From: a virus
Length of the DNA: 64,000 nt
Virus record (IMG/VR): IMGVR_UViG_3300032285_000892
Span: 32,001-96,000 of that record
Direction: 5' to 3' (one strand)
The position numbers were made by a program, and so were the translations under genes. Each line of letters opens with the position of its first letter. The first letter of the stretch is position 1. Under the pieces are notes generated by a model, which saw nothing but the letters and a program-made list of their open reading frames with translations, ran no database searches and was not told where the DNA came from. Positions 52,768-63,171 of the stretch are shown one piece after another.

Positions 52768-55515
52768 ATGACTAAGAATAAAGATTTAGCGGAATTAATC
52801 AATTACGTTACAGTTGATACCTCAGCTGGTACTCAGGTACAGTTGGCAGGTAGTGTAAAGCAAACATCTGTAACCTCTGCTATGTTAAAAGCAAACTCTA
52901 CAGGAGTACTTGTAGCTGCTACTGCTGGTACAGATTATCTTACGTCTGTTGGTATATCTAATTTAACTGCTACAGGAACTCCTTCTTCCACCACATATCT
53001 TCGTGGTGACAACACATGGGCTTCAGTATCTGGTGCTAGTGGTGTTACACTAGATACAGTTCAAACCATCACTGCACAAAAAACATTTCAAAGTCCAAGT
53101 GATGCTCCAGTTGCTGCAGGTGCTGAATTATTATCTACTGCTACTGCAGCTACAGGATGGACTGGAACAGCCTGGGCTACTGGTTTTACACACTCATCAG
53201 GAACAACAGTACAAACATTAAACTTTACACCAAGTACACTAACTGTTTATAAAGTTGTTATAACCTGTAGTGGTTATAGTGGTAGTGGTACATGTCAAGT
53301 GAACGTAGGTAGTTTAGTTACAACTATAAGTGGAAATGGAACTACTACCATATATCATTATCCAACAGCAACTACAACAAACAACTTAACTCCTACTACT
53401 GCTTTTGTAGGTACGATTGTATTAAGTATCAAGGTTGCTACAGCAAGTGTCCCTCCTGTCATTGTATCAAACTTAGCAAGTACAAGTCTAATTGAATTCA
53501 GAAATGCAAGAAGTCAAGGTGGATCAAATAGTATGTACATTGGATACAACAGTGGTGCATTTGGCTATCAAGCTGGTACCAATATTGGAATTGGTGAATC
53601 CTCGTTATACAATAACATTAGTGGAACCTTTAATATTGCAATAGGTGAAAGAGCGTTGTATGGGGGACAAGGCGGTGTAACACAACAATACAATACTGCT
53701 ATTGGATACTATTCACTGACGGCTTCTATTTCAGCAGCTAACTCTGTTGCTATTGGAGCTAATAGTATGCAAACTATAACAACAGGAAGTTTTAATGTAG
53801 GCATAGGTTCATTAGTAATGCAAAATGCAAATAGTACATCTAATAATGTTGCTATAGGATATTATGCATTTGCAAATAATACAAGTGGAGGAAACAACAC
53901 TGCAATTGGTTTTCAAGCTGGATCTTATATATCAGGAGGTGTTACTGTTGCTGCAACTAATACTAACTCGATATATATTGGATATGCTGCGTATCCTCTT
54001 GCAAGTGGGCAGACTAATCAAATTGTAATTGGAACAAGTGCAGTGGGGCTAGGTTCTAATACAACCGTACTTGGAAATAGTTCTACTGTTGATACAGCAA
54101 TTTACGGTAACCTTCTTTTAGGTAGTACCACTACAGGAGCATCATATAAGTTGAATGTAACTGGACAATCAATTGTTAGAGGAAATTCATCAGGAGAAAC
54201 TCCTACAGTAACAAATACAGTAGCAACTGGTTGGGCGACAGGGGTTACTGGTTGGACAGGCACTTATCCAAACTGGACAGTTGCAATTAGTGCAGGTACA
54301 ATGACTAATAGTACCGTTGCAACAGTTGATGTACTTTATACAGTAGTTGTTACAGCAACGGTCACTAGTACTCCAAAAAGTATGGATATTATTATTGGTG
54401 GTAATGTATTAACACTTAATTTTCCAGTAGGAACATCCACTCAATATGCTGGTGCAATTGCAATTGCTGCTGGTACATTATCTATTATTACCAATGGAAC
54501 TTTTAGTGGAACAATTTCTGCTTTTACTGTAGGAGCAAGAAGTAATACATTGAGTCCTATTATATCATTTACTTCTTCAGCAGGATTAAATCCTATTGAA
54601 ATAAGAACAGATGCAGCAAGTGCTGCAGACAATATAGCAATAGGATATCAAGCAGGACAAACGATTCTGACTGCTAATCAAACTGTTGCATTAGGATCAT
54701 ATGCTTTATCATCAAATCAGATTGCAGACGGATGTACTGCAATTGGATATGGTTCTCAACAATCTAATACTGGTGGAATTTATAATACTTCATTAGGAGC
54801 AATTGCATTACAATCAAATATTCAAGGTCGTGAAAATACTGCAATTGGATGGAGTGCTGGAACTACTACAAAAGGAAATTATGGTACTTTTGTTGGAAGT
54901 CAAGCAGGATATTATATAAATACTGGAGATTATAATACTGCTGTTGGAAATCAAGCTATGCTTGGAGATACAATAACATCTGTTACAGGACTACATAATA
55001 CTAGTATTGGAGCTTTTTCATTAACTGCTATTACAACAGCTTCATATAATACAGTTTCTGGATCTAGTGCACTTCAAAATCTTGTTACTGGAGACAATAA
55101 TATTGGAATAGGATATCTAGCAGGTTCACTTACCTCTGGTTCAGCAGCTAATGTAACAAATGCTAGTAATTCTATTTTTATTGGATGGAGTGCATTTCCT
55201 CTTGGAAACTCACAAACTAACCAAATTGTTATTGGATATGGTAGTGTTGGACTTGGTTCTAACACAACTGTAATTGGTAATAGTTCAACTACGTTAGCGT
55301 TGATTTATGGAGTACATATAATTGGAGGAACAAGTGCTAATGCAGCAGCACAATTACAGATTGACTCTACAACTAAGGGTGTGCTATTCCCAAGAATGAC
55401 TACCACACAAAAGAATGCTATTGGAACACCTCCTGCTGGATTAGTTATTTATGACACAACATTAAACAAGCTTTGTGTATATACAACTGCTTGGCAAACT
55501 ATAACATCAGCATAA
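52768..55515 (+). CDS. Fibre/adhesin with two blocks of about 14-aa N-x-A-x-G beta-roll (YadA-head/Hep-Hag-like) repeats
   Basis: Repeats such as NIAIGERAL, NTAIGYYSL, NTAVGNQAM. Both halves end in NSI(Y/F)IG..A.PL...QTNQIVIG...VGLGSNTTV.GNSST, showing an internal duplication. Confidence 0.8.
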   Translation: MTKNKDLAELINYVTVDTSAGTQVQLAGSVKQTSVTSAMLKANSTGVLVAATAGTDYLTSVGISNLTATGTPSSTTYLRGDNTWASVSGASGVTLDTVQTITAQKTFQSPSDAPVAAGAELLSTATAATGWTGTAWATGFTHSSGTTVQTLNFTPSTLTVYKVVITCSGYSGSGTCQVNVGSLVTTISGNGTTTIYHYPTATTTNNLTPTTAFVGTIVLSIKVATASVPPVIVSNLASTSLIEFRNARSQGGSNSMYIGYNSGAFGYQAGTNIGIGESSLYNNISGTFNIAIGERALYGGQGGVTQQYNTAIGYYSLTASISAANSVAIGANSMQTITTGSFNVGIGSLVMQNANSTSNNVAIGYYAFANNTSGGNNTAIGFQAGSYISGGVTVAATNTNSIYIGYAAYPLASGQTNQIVIGTSAVGLGSNTTVLGNSSTVDTAIYGNLLLGSTTTGASYKLNVTGQSIVRGNSSGETPTVTNTVATGWATGVTGWTGTYPNWTVAISAGTMTNSTVATVDVLYTVVVTATVTSTPKSMDIIIGGNVLTLNFPVGTSTQYAGAIAIAAGTLSIITNGTFSGTISAFTVGARSNTLSPIISFTSSAGLNPIEIRTDAASAADNIAIGYQAGQTILTANQTVALGSYALSSNQIADGCTAIGYGSQQSNTGGIYNTSLGAIALQSNIQGRENTAIGWSAGTTTKGNYGTFVGSQAGYYINTGDYNTAVGNQAMLGDTITSVTGLHNTSIGAFSLTAITTASYNTVSGSSALQNLVTGDNNIGIGYLAGSLTSGSAANVTNASNSIFIGWSAFPLGNSQTNQIVIGYGSVGLGSNTTVIGNSSTTLALIYGVHIIGGTSANAAAQLQIDSTTKGVLFPRMTTTQKNAIGTPPAGLVIYDTTLNKLCVYTTAWQTITSA

Positions 55516-55530
55516 TAAATAATAAATAAT

Positions 55531-55845
55531 ATGAATACTTACGAATGGATTATTTCAAAATTAGAAGTTATGCCTCAAGTTGGTAGTATAAATGATTATG
55601 TTGTTCGTTGCCATTGGAAATATGTAGCAACAGATGGTACAATAACAAAAGAAGAATATGGGTTGCAAGCATTTGAACCAGACCCTGCTCAACAAAATTA
55701 TGTTCCATATGAGTCTTTAACAAAAGAAGTTGTAGAGGGATGGTTAAATAGTTCTATAAATGTAGAAGCAATGAAAGCATCATTAGATGGTAAGATTCAA
55801 GATGAATTACAACCATCTATTGTTAGTTTACCTATTCCTTGGTAA
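55531..55845 (+). CDS. Small fibre-associated protein
   Basis: 104 aa (YEWII..HW...VPYESLTKEVVEGW...LPIPW), a type I recognise as commonly following phage fibre genes. Confidence 0.55.
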   Translation: MNTYEWIISKLEVMPQVGSINDYVVRCHWKYVATDGTITKEEYGLQAFEPDPAQQNYVPYESLTKEVVEGWLNSSINVEAMKASLDGKIQDELQPSIVSLPIPW

Positions 55846-55849
55846 CGTA

Positions 55850-55880
55850 TTGCAAATATTTAAAACATTATATACATTTG
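55850..55880 (+). promoter_or_regulatory. Bacteroidota-type promoter (TTG-N20-TAcaTTTG)
   Basis: Exact TAnnTTTG at 55873-55880 and TTG at 55850-55852. Confidence 0.6.
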
Positions 55881-55901
55881 CATAAACTAACAGACATTAT
55901 T

Positions 55902-56171
55902 ATGAAATTAAATTTTAACTTCAACTTGGTTAACCTAGATGGTATAGAGATCGAGAATGCTAATGCAGGAAAAGTATTAGCAAACGCACTAGTTCAACAA
56001 CCTAAAGGAGATGCTCTTAAAATATGGGAAATATCATTAGCTCTCAACAAGGGAGAGATTGTTGATTTAGATTCTTCTGATCAAGAACTTATTAAAAACT
56101 TCATTAGAGAGACTGACGCAATTAATATTATTGCTAAGGGTCAAATCCTAACTGTTTTTAATAAAGGGTAG
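55902..56171 (+). CDS. Small helical hypothetical protein (89 aa, MKLNFNFNL...)
   Basis: The start was moved from 55839 to ATG 55902, which lies downstream of the promoter. The 3' end overlaps the convergent heptosyltransferase gene by 24 nt. Confidence 0.6.
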   Translation: MKLNFNFNLVNLDGIEIENANAGKVLANALVQQPKGDALKIWEISLALNKGEIVDLDSSDQELIKNFIRETDAINIIAKGQILTVFNKG

Positions 56172-57218
56172 TTTAACCATTACATCTTCTACGGAGATAC
56201 TCTTATGGCATTCAAACTGTCTAGGAGTATCTTCGTGTTCAGGACACCAGTTCCAATTACCCTTATCAAATCTGAATTTAGGGTTATTCCAACATCCATT
56301 ACATACACTTCTGTTTTCTATACGGATGCATTCAAACTCGTGATTAGCTTCTGTAAAGTTAGCTATCATTACAACAATAGTTTCTAATGCCCAGGCCAAC
56401 CAGCTAATACCACTACTTAGTCCTATGTAGAAGTCACATCCATTAAGATGATTAATGACGCTCTCTAGAGATGTATCTTCTAGTTTCTCTGCACCATAAT
56501 CATCTGCCTCTTGTGATAATTCAATCACTCTATATCCTTGATCTTTTAGCCTACGTATAAGTTCTGGCCACTTATCCCAATGTTTGCATTGAGATGTACT
56601 TTTTGTAGATATACAGATATACTTTTCATCTTCCAGTAATAATCCTGGTAGATCAATTATCCTTGGTCTCATCTCCTTGTATGGTAGATGTAGAATATTA
56701 CATGCGGCTTTCTGTAATGGTATCGTTACAGGATTAACAGGTTCTTTATTACTATCCCAATGCCATCCTAAGTCTGGCATAGCTACAATATCATATACCA
56801 CCTGCCCTGGTTGAACAAACTCAAGTTCAGGATACATACTTTCAAACAAGAAGTTCTTGAATGTGCTCACGATAACATCGCACTGATACTTCTTTTTGAA
56901 CTCTAAACAATATGGCATCCATGCAATAGTATCTCCTAAGGAGCTGCTACCAAATGCAATGAACACACGTTTATCTTTAAGATGTTGTAAGAAGCTTATG
57001 CGACGTTTCAATACACCCTTACTGTTCCTAGCTTCCAAAAAGAAGTTACCAATGTAACGTATAGGAAACTTCATCCATGTATTCTTACTAAGAGTTGTAC
57101 TATAGTGTTCTTTACGTTCACCATCAATCTCTTCAACAAATGTACATGTATAATCTTCATCACAGTCTGTAATTTCAAAGTACAAACCATCAATGTTATG
57201 GAAGTTATAATTAAACAT
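56148..57218 (-). CDS. Autotransporter O-heptosyltransferase homologue (BAHT family, TibC/Aah-like) with an intact iron-finger
   Basis: SLGDTIAW, YICISTKSTSQCKHW, FYIGLSSGISWLAWA, and C-x2-C-x15-C-x11-C ending TPRQFEC. Confidence 0.85.
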   Translation of the reverse strand: MFNYNFHNIDGLYFEITDCDEDYTCTFVEEIDGERKEHYSTTLSKNTWMKFPIRYIGNFFLEARNSKGVLKRRISFLQHLKDKRVFIAFGSSSLGDTIAWMPYCLEFKKKYQCDVIVSTFKNFLFESMYPELEFVQPGQVVYDIVAMPDLGWHWDSNKEPVNPVTIPLQKAACNILHLPYKEMRPRIIDLPGLLLEDEKYICISTKSTSQCKHWDKWPELIRRLKDQGYRVIELSQEADDYGAEKLEDTSLESVINHLNGCDFYIGLSSGISWLAWALETIVVMIANFTEANHEFECIRIENRSVCNGCWNNPKFRFDKGNWNWCPEHEDTPRQFECHKSISVEDVMVKLPFIKNS

Positions 57219-58911
57219 ATGTTTCTATATAAGCTTTAGTTGTATCTTCACTTGTCCATCTCTTATTAATAATTCCTGCAGCATCGTACATCTTCTTTAA
57301 TTGCTTACATATCACACTCCAATCATACTCTTCACGATGTTCTAGTTGATCAGTGTAATATTTAAACCACCCTCTATCTAATGTTGCTAGTCCTTTTCTT
57401 GCTTCCATTTCTGTTACTTCTGACATTCTATACATACCAGGAACCTCTGCATTACATGTACCAACAATTGGTAATCCACAACTCATTGCTTCTAGAATGG
57501 CTAGGTTAGGATGGCCATACTCTAAGAATGATGGAGCCATGAATATACTATGTGTTTGATAAAGCTCTAGTGTTTCTGCATCTGTAGGATTTGTACACTT
57601 TAAAGTTAACTTTTCATAGTCTAATAGATCTGGATGACCCTTAAAAAACTCTAGGTTATTCTCAGGACCTGCAATAGTAATAGGTAACTTAAACCACTTA
57701 GCTGCAGCTATTGCTATCCTGAATCCTTTACGATCAATAGTGCTATCACCTGCTAGTCCATTGTTACAGATCATTAATAGCTTCTTATCTTCACGCACAT
57801 CTGGTAGAATAGGTTTGAAGAATTCTGTATCTACTCCATGAGATAGGAAGAATAACTTATCCGTATCATCAAAGTAATTAATGATGTGTTTACTATGACA
57901 TATAGAAAACACAGATCCTTTGATAGCTGCTAGATTATTGTGGTATACGCCACTGTCCTTCCCATAGTATTCAGCATGATGATCATGTAGAGAGTATACA
58001 TATGGTATACCTTTGGCTAACATGTCAAGAGCTGTATTAGCCATATGACAATGCACGAGTTGGTTCTCTTGCTTTGTTACTTCATTCCATTGTTGTATCT
58101 CTACATCTACGCCAAGTCTTCTAAGTCTATCTGTATATGACCAGATGATACGTTCTACAGCTCCCCAACCATTAGGTGGGATAGTGATTAGGCCAGTGGC
58201 CACTTGTACTATCTTATATTTCATTTCTTTATTAATTTTCATTTCCCATTTGTCTAGATATTTTTGTTCTCCTTGTCGCATTTTAATAATTGCAGAATCA
58301 TTAAGATTTACTATGTTTAATGATTTAAGATGACTAACTAATGAATGTCTTACTAATGCATGCTTTATGCCTTTACTCTCTATTACTCTAGCATAGTCAT
58401 TGTCCTGATAGTACATATCAAAGTTTTCATCCCAAGGACATACTAGATCAAATACTCTTTTAGTCATTACAAAACACCAGCCACCTAAGAACTCTGTAAC
58501 TTTATAACTTTCATAGTATGTATCATCACCATACATAAAATGATGGTCATAGAATCTAGCATACAGTATAGGATCTCTAGGCGTGAATGATTCAATGTCT
58601 GGTCTTTCAGTATGTACATTTACAATCTCAGTGAACCAATTCTTTTCAAACAATAGATCATTGTTTATAATAACCACCCAGTCATTACTACAATACCTAC
58701 TTGCTATATTGATATATTTATTATATCCAAAAGGTTCTTTTGAGATAACGTAGCTATCTACATATTTAGAATAGTCCCAAGTCTCTCCTGATTCTACTAA
58801 TATAATGTTAAATTTATGAGCCTTATCCGTATAGCGTAATGTGAACAATGTTCTACATACCATCTCATAAGTTTCTGCATCTGTTTTAGTAAGACAAATT
58901 ACATCTACCAT
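57211..58911 (-). CDS. Bifunctional glycosyltransferase: N-terminal GT-A (GT2-like) plus C-terminal GT-B (GT4-like)
   Basis: N-half: IILVES, VVIINNDLLF, YYQDNDY. C-half: PPNGWGAVE, SHGVDTEFF, PSFLEYGHPNLAILEAMSCGLPIVG. Confidence 0.85.
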   Translation of the reverse strand: MVDVICLTKTDAETYEMVCRTLFTLRYTDKAHKFNIILVESGETWDYSKYVDSYVISKEPFGYNKYINIASRYCSNDWVVIINNDLLFEKNWFTEIVNVHTERPDIESFTPRDPILYARFYDHHFMYGDDTYYESYKVTEFLGGWCFVMTKRVFDLVCPWDENFDMYYQDNDYARVIESKGIKHALVRHSLVSHLKSLNIVNLNDSAIIKMRQGEQKYLDKWEMKINKEMKYKIVQVATGLITIPPNGWGAVERIIWSYTDRLRRLGVDVEIQQWNEVTKQENQLVHCHMANTALDMLAKGIPYVYSLHDHHAEYYGKDSGVYHNNLAAIKGSVFSICHSKHIINYFDDTDKLFFLSHGVDTEFFKPILPDVREDKKLLMICNNGLAGDSTIDRKGFRIAIAAAKWFKLPITIAGPENNLEFFKGHPDLLDYEKLTLKCTNPTDAETLELYQTHSIFMAPSFLEYGHPNLAILEAMSCGLPIVGTCNAEVPGMYRMSEVTEMEARKGLATLDRGWFKYYTDQLEHREEYDWSVICKQLKKMYDAAGIINKRWTSEDTTKAYIETYV

Positions 58912-58916
58912 ATATA

Positions 58917-61544
58917 TTACTTTCTAAATGTTTTAAACTGCTGATCTATTAATGAGTAACCATCTGCTTGTGTAGTGATACGATTGTGTACAATGCCCAT
59001 CTCATATCCACTACCACGAAAAATGTTATTAAAATAAATATCTGCAGCATCCCAAGGATGTGTTCTTAGTTTATCTTTTAAATAGTTCTTAACAAACTTA
59101 GGGAACATAATACATTGCATACCTATAAGATGGTTTGTAACATACATGTCTTCATTCACTTCTTTCACTACAGGACTCTGTGGCCAGCCAAAGTCTAAGG
59201 TATCTTTGTCACCAAATGACATGAATCCTATATTATTAGCTTCTAGCTTTGTGGCACATTCTTCCACCATGTAAACAAATTTGTTTACATCTACCTCAAT
59301 TATGCAATCTCCTTCACACACTATTAGATAATCACATTCACTAAACTCACCTAGGATAGCTTCTTTGAAGGCTGAATAGCAACCGTAGTGTGCTGGCGTA
59401 AGAGCTGTGCTTCTTTCTCTGACTGTAGCTTCATCGAATAACTCCATAGAGACTGCTTGTGGCCTGTTACAGTTATGGATGGGTGGGAGGCTACGATAAG
59501 GCTCGTTCGTGTGCAAGATGTACTCCCATCCATAATCTTGTACTTGCTCCAACGACGCTCTTGATAATTGTTCTCTGTCATCATTTAATGTAGTTTGTAT
59601 GTGTACTAATTTAATCTTTGGTCTATTTGTTTTAGGAGCTGGTTCAGATCCTGTTAATATCTTTATAGTTCCTTTTATATCGTTTACAGAAAACTCTCTT
59701 GTGGTTTGGTTTTCCACCAACTCTAAACTCACTGTAACAATATCATCATCTAGTCGTAGATATGATTCTTTATACTTAAGATCTAGCTCTCTTGAGAACT
59801 CTCTCTTATTATTTAACAATCTCATCTTGTAGTAAGGAACAGTCTCATTGTATGTATAGAAATAGAAGTAGTTACGATTGTCTTCTTCACATCTAACAAT
59901 ACCTATGTACTCACTATTAGAAGACTTGCCTTCGCCTGTATGTACTAAGAATGTTTCCTCTTCAGGATGTTCTACCCATATACCATCTGTTCTCTCTACC
60001 TTCTTCATCATGTAATCTTCTAAGAAGTTATGACATCCTATATACTCACATAATGAATTGTATTGTTCAGGTGTACGTACATCATCTAATAATTTACTAA
60101 TAAAGTTTGTATTAAAGAACATACAATTAGTTTGTATACCTTTACCAAATGGCGTATTCAATGTAGCTAATACAGCTTTCCATTCTTCATCTAACTTATT
60201 AAAGTTATTATTGATGACATTAAAATCTCTTTCATCTATTACATGATCAAATGTTACATAGAACATCTTAGTAAAACCAAACACTTTAGCTGCTTTACCT
60301 GCATTAATTAAATTAGTTAGTACTGTTAATGACTGATTGGTAGGTCCTTCAATGCGCATCTCTACACTATAGTCTTCCTGACTGCGAGTGAATCTATTAT
60401 AGTAGCTATGATGTGTCAAAGGATTATGCTCATCATAAATGTAGTAGTCTACCAGCTTCTGTACATCAGGATTTACAGGATAATGACTTACTAACATAAT
60501 TGGTCTACCTAACTTCCTAGCGCTTTCTATACATGCAATAGTTAAGTTTTCTCTAATCTTAGTATCAGGATATGTTCCTATAACGATTAGTTCTTTATTA
60601 ATTAATTCTAAGTTTAATATTTCTTTCATAGCAGCTATATCATTACTAACGTTACCAGTTAAATAGGTGACGTCATCATAATCATTATACTTATTACAAT
60701 ACACATCTAGGTTGTACATCATCTTAGGTAGATCAGGATAGCATAATGCTTCTTTGATTGCAATAGGGTTAAGCTCTTTGTTACCTCTATCTCCTTTAGA
60801 TGGAAATAAGAACATGTCAGACTCACTCACCCATTTACTTACTACATCTATTTCTCCATGAACTAAACAGTTGTCTGGTAGATCTTTCATTAATGGTTTC
60901 CAGTAGCTTTCAAAGTTACCAGCTTGATTACCTAAGAAGTGAAACTTTATATTATAGTCTACAAGATGCTTAGCCATCTCAATAGCATAGCCTTGGTTTT
61001 TACGTTGTGTCCACAATCCTACAATTACTACATGTTTATAATCTCTTTGTTCTGGATAACGTACAATAGTATCTACAGGATACTCAATAACACGCATTGG
61101 TACTTCTAGATGAGCATACTTGAATACATTGTATGCACTAACAAACACAAACTCATCTGGCATCCATCTCTTATGATCAGGATTGAATGAGCTATCATGT
61201 GTAGTTTCTACAATACGATAGGTTCTATCTCCACTGTACACTTCTCTGGTAAGATCATTGTCCATGAACATCTCTGGAAACTCTTCCATAGAGATGACAT
61301 CAGGATTAAAGATTTCAATAAAATCTAAAAGCTCTCCCTTGTTATCTCCTAATGATTTAAAATTATCACCAAGGATATCAATCACCTTGTTGCGCTGTAC
61401 TACATACTTCCATGCAATGAATGCATACTCAACTACCATGATATCAAAATGATCCTTGAGTAGTTCTACTTTATTTAAAGTTACCTGTGGCGCTCCTCCT
61501 GTAGAGAAATGAGGAGATACTATTAAGAGCCTTTTTCGTGACAT
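58917..61544 (-). CDS. Multidomain glycosyltransferase: GT4-like N-terminus, possible central GT-A-like domain, GT25-like C-terminus
   Basis: PHFSTGGAPQ...DMFLFPS...ELNPIAIKEA (GT4). Central LVSHYP..FYVTFDHVI. C-terminal HYGCY...YLIVCEGD..WDAAD (GT25-like). Confidence 0.8.
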   Translation of the reverse strand: MSRKRLLIVSPHFSTGGAPQVTLNKVELLKDHFDIMVVEYAFIAWKYVVQRNKVIDILGDNFKSLGDNKGELLDFIEIFNPDVISMEEFPEMFMDNDLTREVYSGDRTYRIVETTHDSSFNPDHKRWMPDEFVFVSAYNVFKYAHLEVPMRVIEYPVDTIVRYPEQRDYKHVVIVGLWTQRKNQGYAIEMAKHLVDYNIKFHFLGNQAGNFESYWKPLMKDLPDNCLVHGEIDVVSKWVSESDMFLFPSKGDRGNKELNPIAIKEALCYPDLPKMMYNLDVYCNKYNDYDDVTYLTGNVSNDIAAMKEILNLELINKELIVIGTYPDTKIRENLTIACIESARKLGRPIMLVSHYPVNPDVQKLVDYYIYDEHNPLTHHSYYNRFTRSQEDYSVEMRIEGPTNQSLTVLTNLINAGKAAKVFGFTKMFYVTFDHVIDERDFNVINNNFNKLDEEWKAVLATLNTPFGKGIQTNCMFFNTNFISKLLDDVRTPEQYNSLCEYIGCHNFLEDYMMKKVERTDGIWVEHPEEETFLVHTGEGKSSNSEYIGIVRCEEDNRNYFYFYTYNETVPYYKMRLLNNKREFSRELDLKYKESYLRLDDDIVTVSLELVENQTTREFSVNDIKGTIKILTGSEPAPKTNRPKIKLVHIQTTLNDDREQLSRASLEQVQDYGWEYILHTNEPYRSLPPIHNCNRPQAVSMELFDEATVRERSTALTPAHYGCYSAFKEAILGEFSECDYLIVCEGDCIIEVDVNKFVYMVEECATKLEANNIGFMSFGDKDTLDFGWPQSPVVKEVNEDMYVTNHLIGMQCIMFPKFVKNYLKDKLRTHPWDAADIYFNNIFRGSGYEMGIVHNRITTQADGYSLIDQQFKTFRK

Positions 61545-62479
61545 GTTATTGTTTTTGCAAGGTTATACACTCTATCTACGTCTGGTTGACACTCAAACGT
61601 TTCTTTGTTTTCTAAACATCCAATGAGTGGCTGCACATAATCTATAGTGGGCCAATACTCAAGGGCGTACTTCATATTGGAGCAGCAATGTAGATCACAC
61701 GATCCCTCTACATAGTGGTATCGATACGTCTGACCATTGGCCCTATAAGGTATTCTAAATTCAGGAGATAGTGCAGATCCTAGATGAATGATCTCACTGC
61801 GTGTTGTACCTGCTAGATGTAGCAGTCCGCTATCCATTGTAATAAAACATGAAGCTTTGTTGATGAGGTGCCAGCAATCAGATATACTGGTCTTGTTCAT
61901 TAGGTTCATACCTAATGGTATTTCAAAATTGAATGCAGGTTTTTCTACATTAAAGAACCCAGTCTCACTACTATCCTTACCTATACTGATGACATGTATA
62001 CCTGCAGCATTAAGCTTCTCTGTTAAATCCATCCACTTATCTGCTGGCCATGTTCTATTAGCCCATGTGGTTACAGGATGTATCAATACATAATGTTCAG
62101 GGAGTTCCATCTCAAAGTCTGTGAGAGGAATGTAATCACATTTCATCTCACTCTTACGTAACATAAATCCTAAATGTATAGCATGGAACTGACGTATGTC
62201 CATGGTATTATGCTTCATCTCTACACCACGCTCATCTTTCTTACCTACCAGATAGAAAGAGTTATGCATGATATAATTATCATTGAAGTAACCCCAGTCA
62301 ATTGATGTATGTTTATAACTAGCCTCTACGTATGGTAGTTTCTTGAACAACTCTGGCATAGGACTCACCACAGTTATCTTCTTTCCGTATGATTCAGCTA
62401 GCTTTCTTATCGTAGGCGTTGCACAGATAAGATCACCTAGAGCAGGACATTCACTAAGATTAAGACAAACAGGTTTCAT
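61523..62479 (-). CDS. GT9-family (heptosyltransferase-like) glycosyltransferase with a C-terminal Cys cluster
   Basis: LGDLICATPTIRKL, YVLIHP...NRTWPADKW, FITMDSGLLHLAG, and C-x3-CC...C...FEC. Confidence 0.85.
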   Translation of the reverse strand: MKPVCLNLSECPALGDLICATPTIRKLAESYGKKITVVSPMPELFKKLPYVEASYKHTSIDWGYFNDNYIMHNSFYLVGKKDERGVEMKHNTMDIRQFHAIHLGFMLRKSEMKCDYIPLTDFEMELPEHYVLIHPVTTWANRTWPADKWMDLTEKLNAAGIHVISIGKDSSETGFFNVEKPAFNFEIPLGMNLMNKTSISDCWHLINKASCFITMDSGLLHLAGTTRSEIIHLGSALSPEFRIPYRANGQTYRYHYVEGSCDLHCCSNMKYALEYWPTIDYVQPLIGCLENKETFECQPDVDRVYNLAKTITCHEKGS

Positions 62480-63120
62480 GATTTTCTCATTAAGAAGTCA
62501 ACTGTCTCATCGTTTCTCTCAATTATTTCATATCCTAATCCTGTTAGAAAATTCACTGCAGTGTTTGTATTATCTTCTAACCAGATAAGTGGTGCATCTC
62601 TATCAATCAACTTTAACATACCTTCAAATGCAGACATCTCATGACCTTCTATATCTATCTTAATGAATTCAACATGCTCATCTAAATGAAGATCATCTAA
62701 AGCTAAGACTATATTTCTATTATGTCCATATTGAACAATTCTTACAACACCACTATTTGAGTAATGTCCATCATCAAAATGCACAAGGGATGTTCTACTA
62801 CCTACACCTACATTAAGTGCGGCTACATCAGAATACCTATCTGTATTCTGTTTTAATAAAGCAAAGTTTTCTGGATGAATTTCAAAAGCTATGATATTTA
62901 GCTCAGGAAAGTGGTGTTTGAATTGTACACAATGTGCACCTATGTTAGCACCAATGTCTAACATTAGTCCTGTAGAAGGGAAATGATGTTTCCATCTATT
63001 GAATATTTCAAATTCCCAAAAGTTATTATACTTAACTATATCGTCTGATATAAACTCAGGACCCTCAAAAATAATCATAGGGTTACCTTGTATACTAGTA
63101 AGTCTAGTTCCTCTTCTCAT
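62476..63120 (-). CDS. FkbM-family methyltransferase
   Basis: LDIGANIGAH, AFEIHPENF, FIKIDIEGHE. The start was moved from 63168 to 63120 because a minus-strand promoter lies at 63138-63168. Confidence 0.9.
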   Translation of the reverse strand: MRRGTRLTSIQGNPMIIFEGPEFISDDIVKYNNFWEFEIFNRWKHHFPSTGLMLDIGANIGAHCVQFKHHFPELNIIAFEIHPENFALLKQNTDRYSDVAALNVGVGSRTSLVHFDDGHYSNSGVVRIVQYGHNRNIVLALDDLHLDEHVEFIKIDIEGHEMSAFEGMLKLIDRDAPLIWLEDNTNTAVNFLTGLGYEIIERNDETVDFLMRKS

Positions 63121-63123
63121 GTA

Positions 63124-63155
63124 TTTGTTGGTTTGGTCAAAGTTAAATATATTTG
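63124..63155 (+). promoter_or_regulatory. Rightward Bacteroidota promoter TTTG-N20-TATATTTG
   Basis: TTTG at 63124-63127 and TATATTTG at 63148-63155. ATG at 63172. Confidence 0.7.
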
Positions 63156-63168
63156 TATAAAAAAACAA
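63138..63168 (-). promoter_or_regulatory. Leftward Bacteroidota promoter TTG-N20-TAACTTTG driving the glycosyltransferase operon
   Basis: Plus-strand CAAAGTTA at 63138-63145 and CAA at 63166-63168. Confidence 0.6.
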
Positions 63169-63171
63169 GAC

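Noticed and set aside
44697-55515. Diversity-generating retroelement or invertible fibre cassette
   Set aside because: No reverse transcriptase or recombinase is present in the window, and I saw no template/variable repeat pair differing only at adenines and no flanking inverted repeats.
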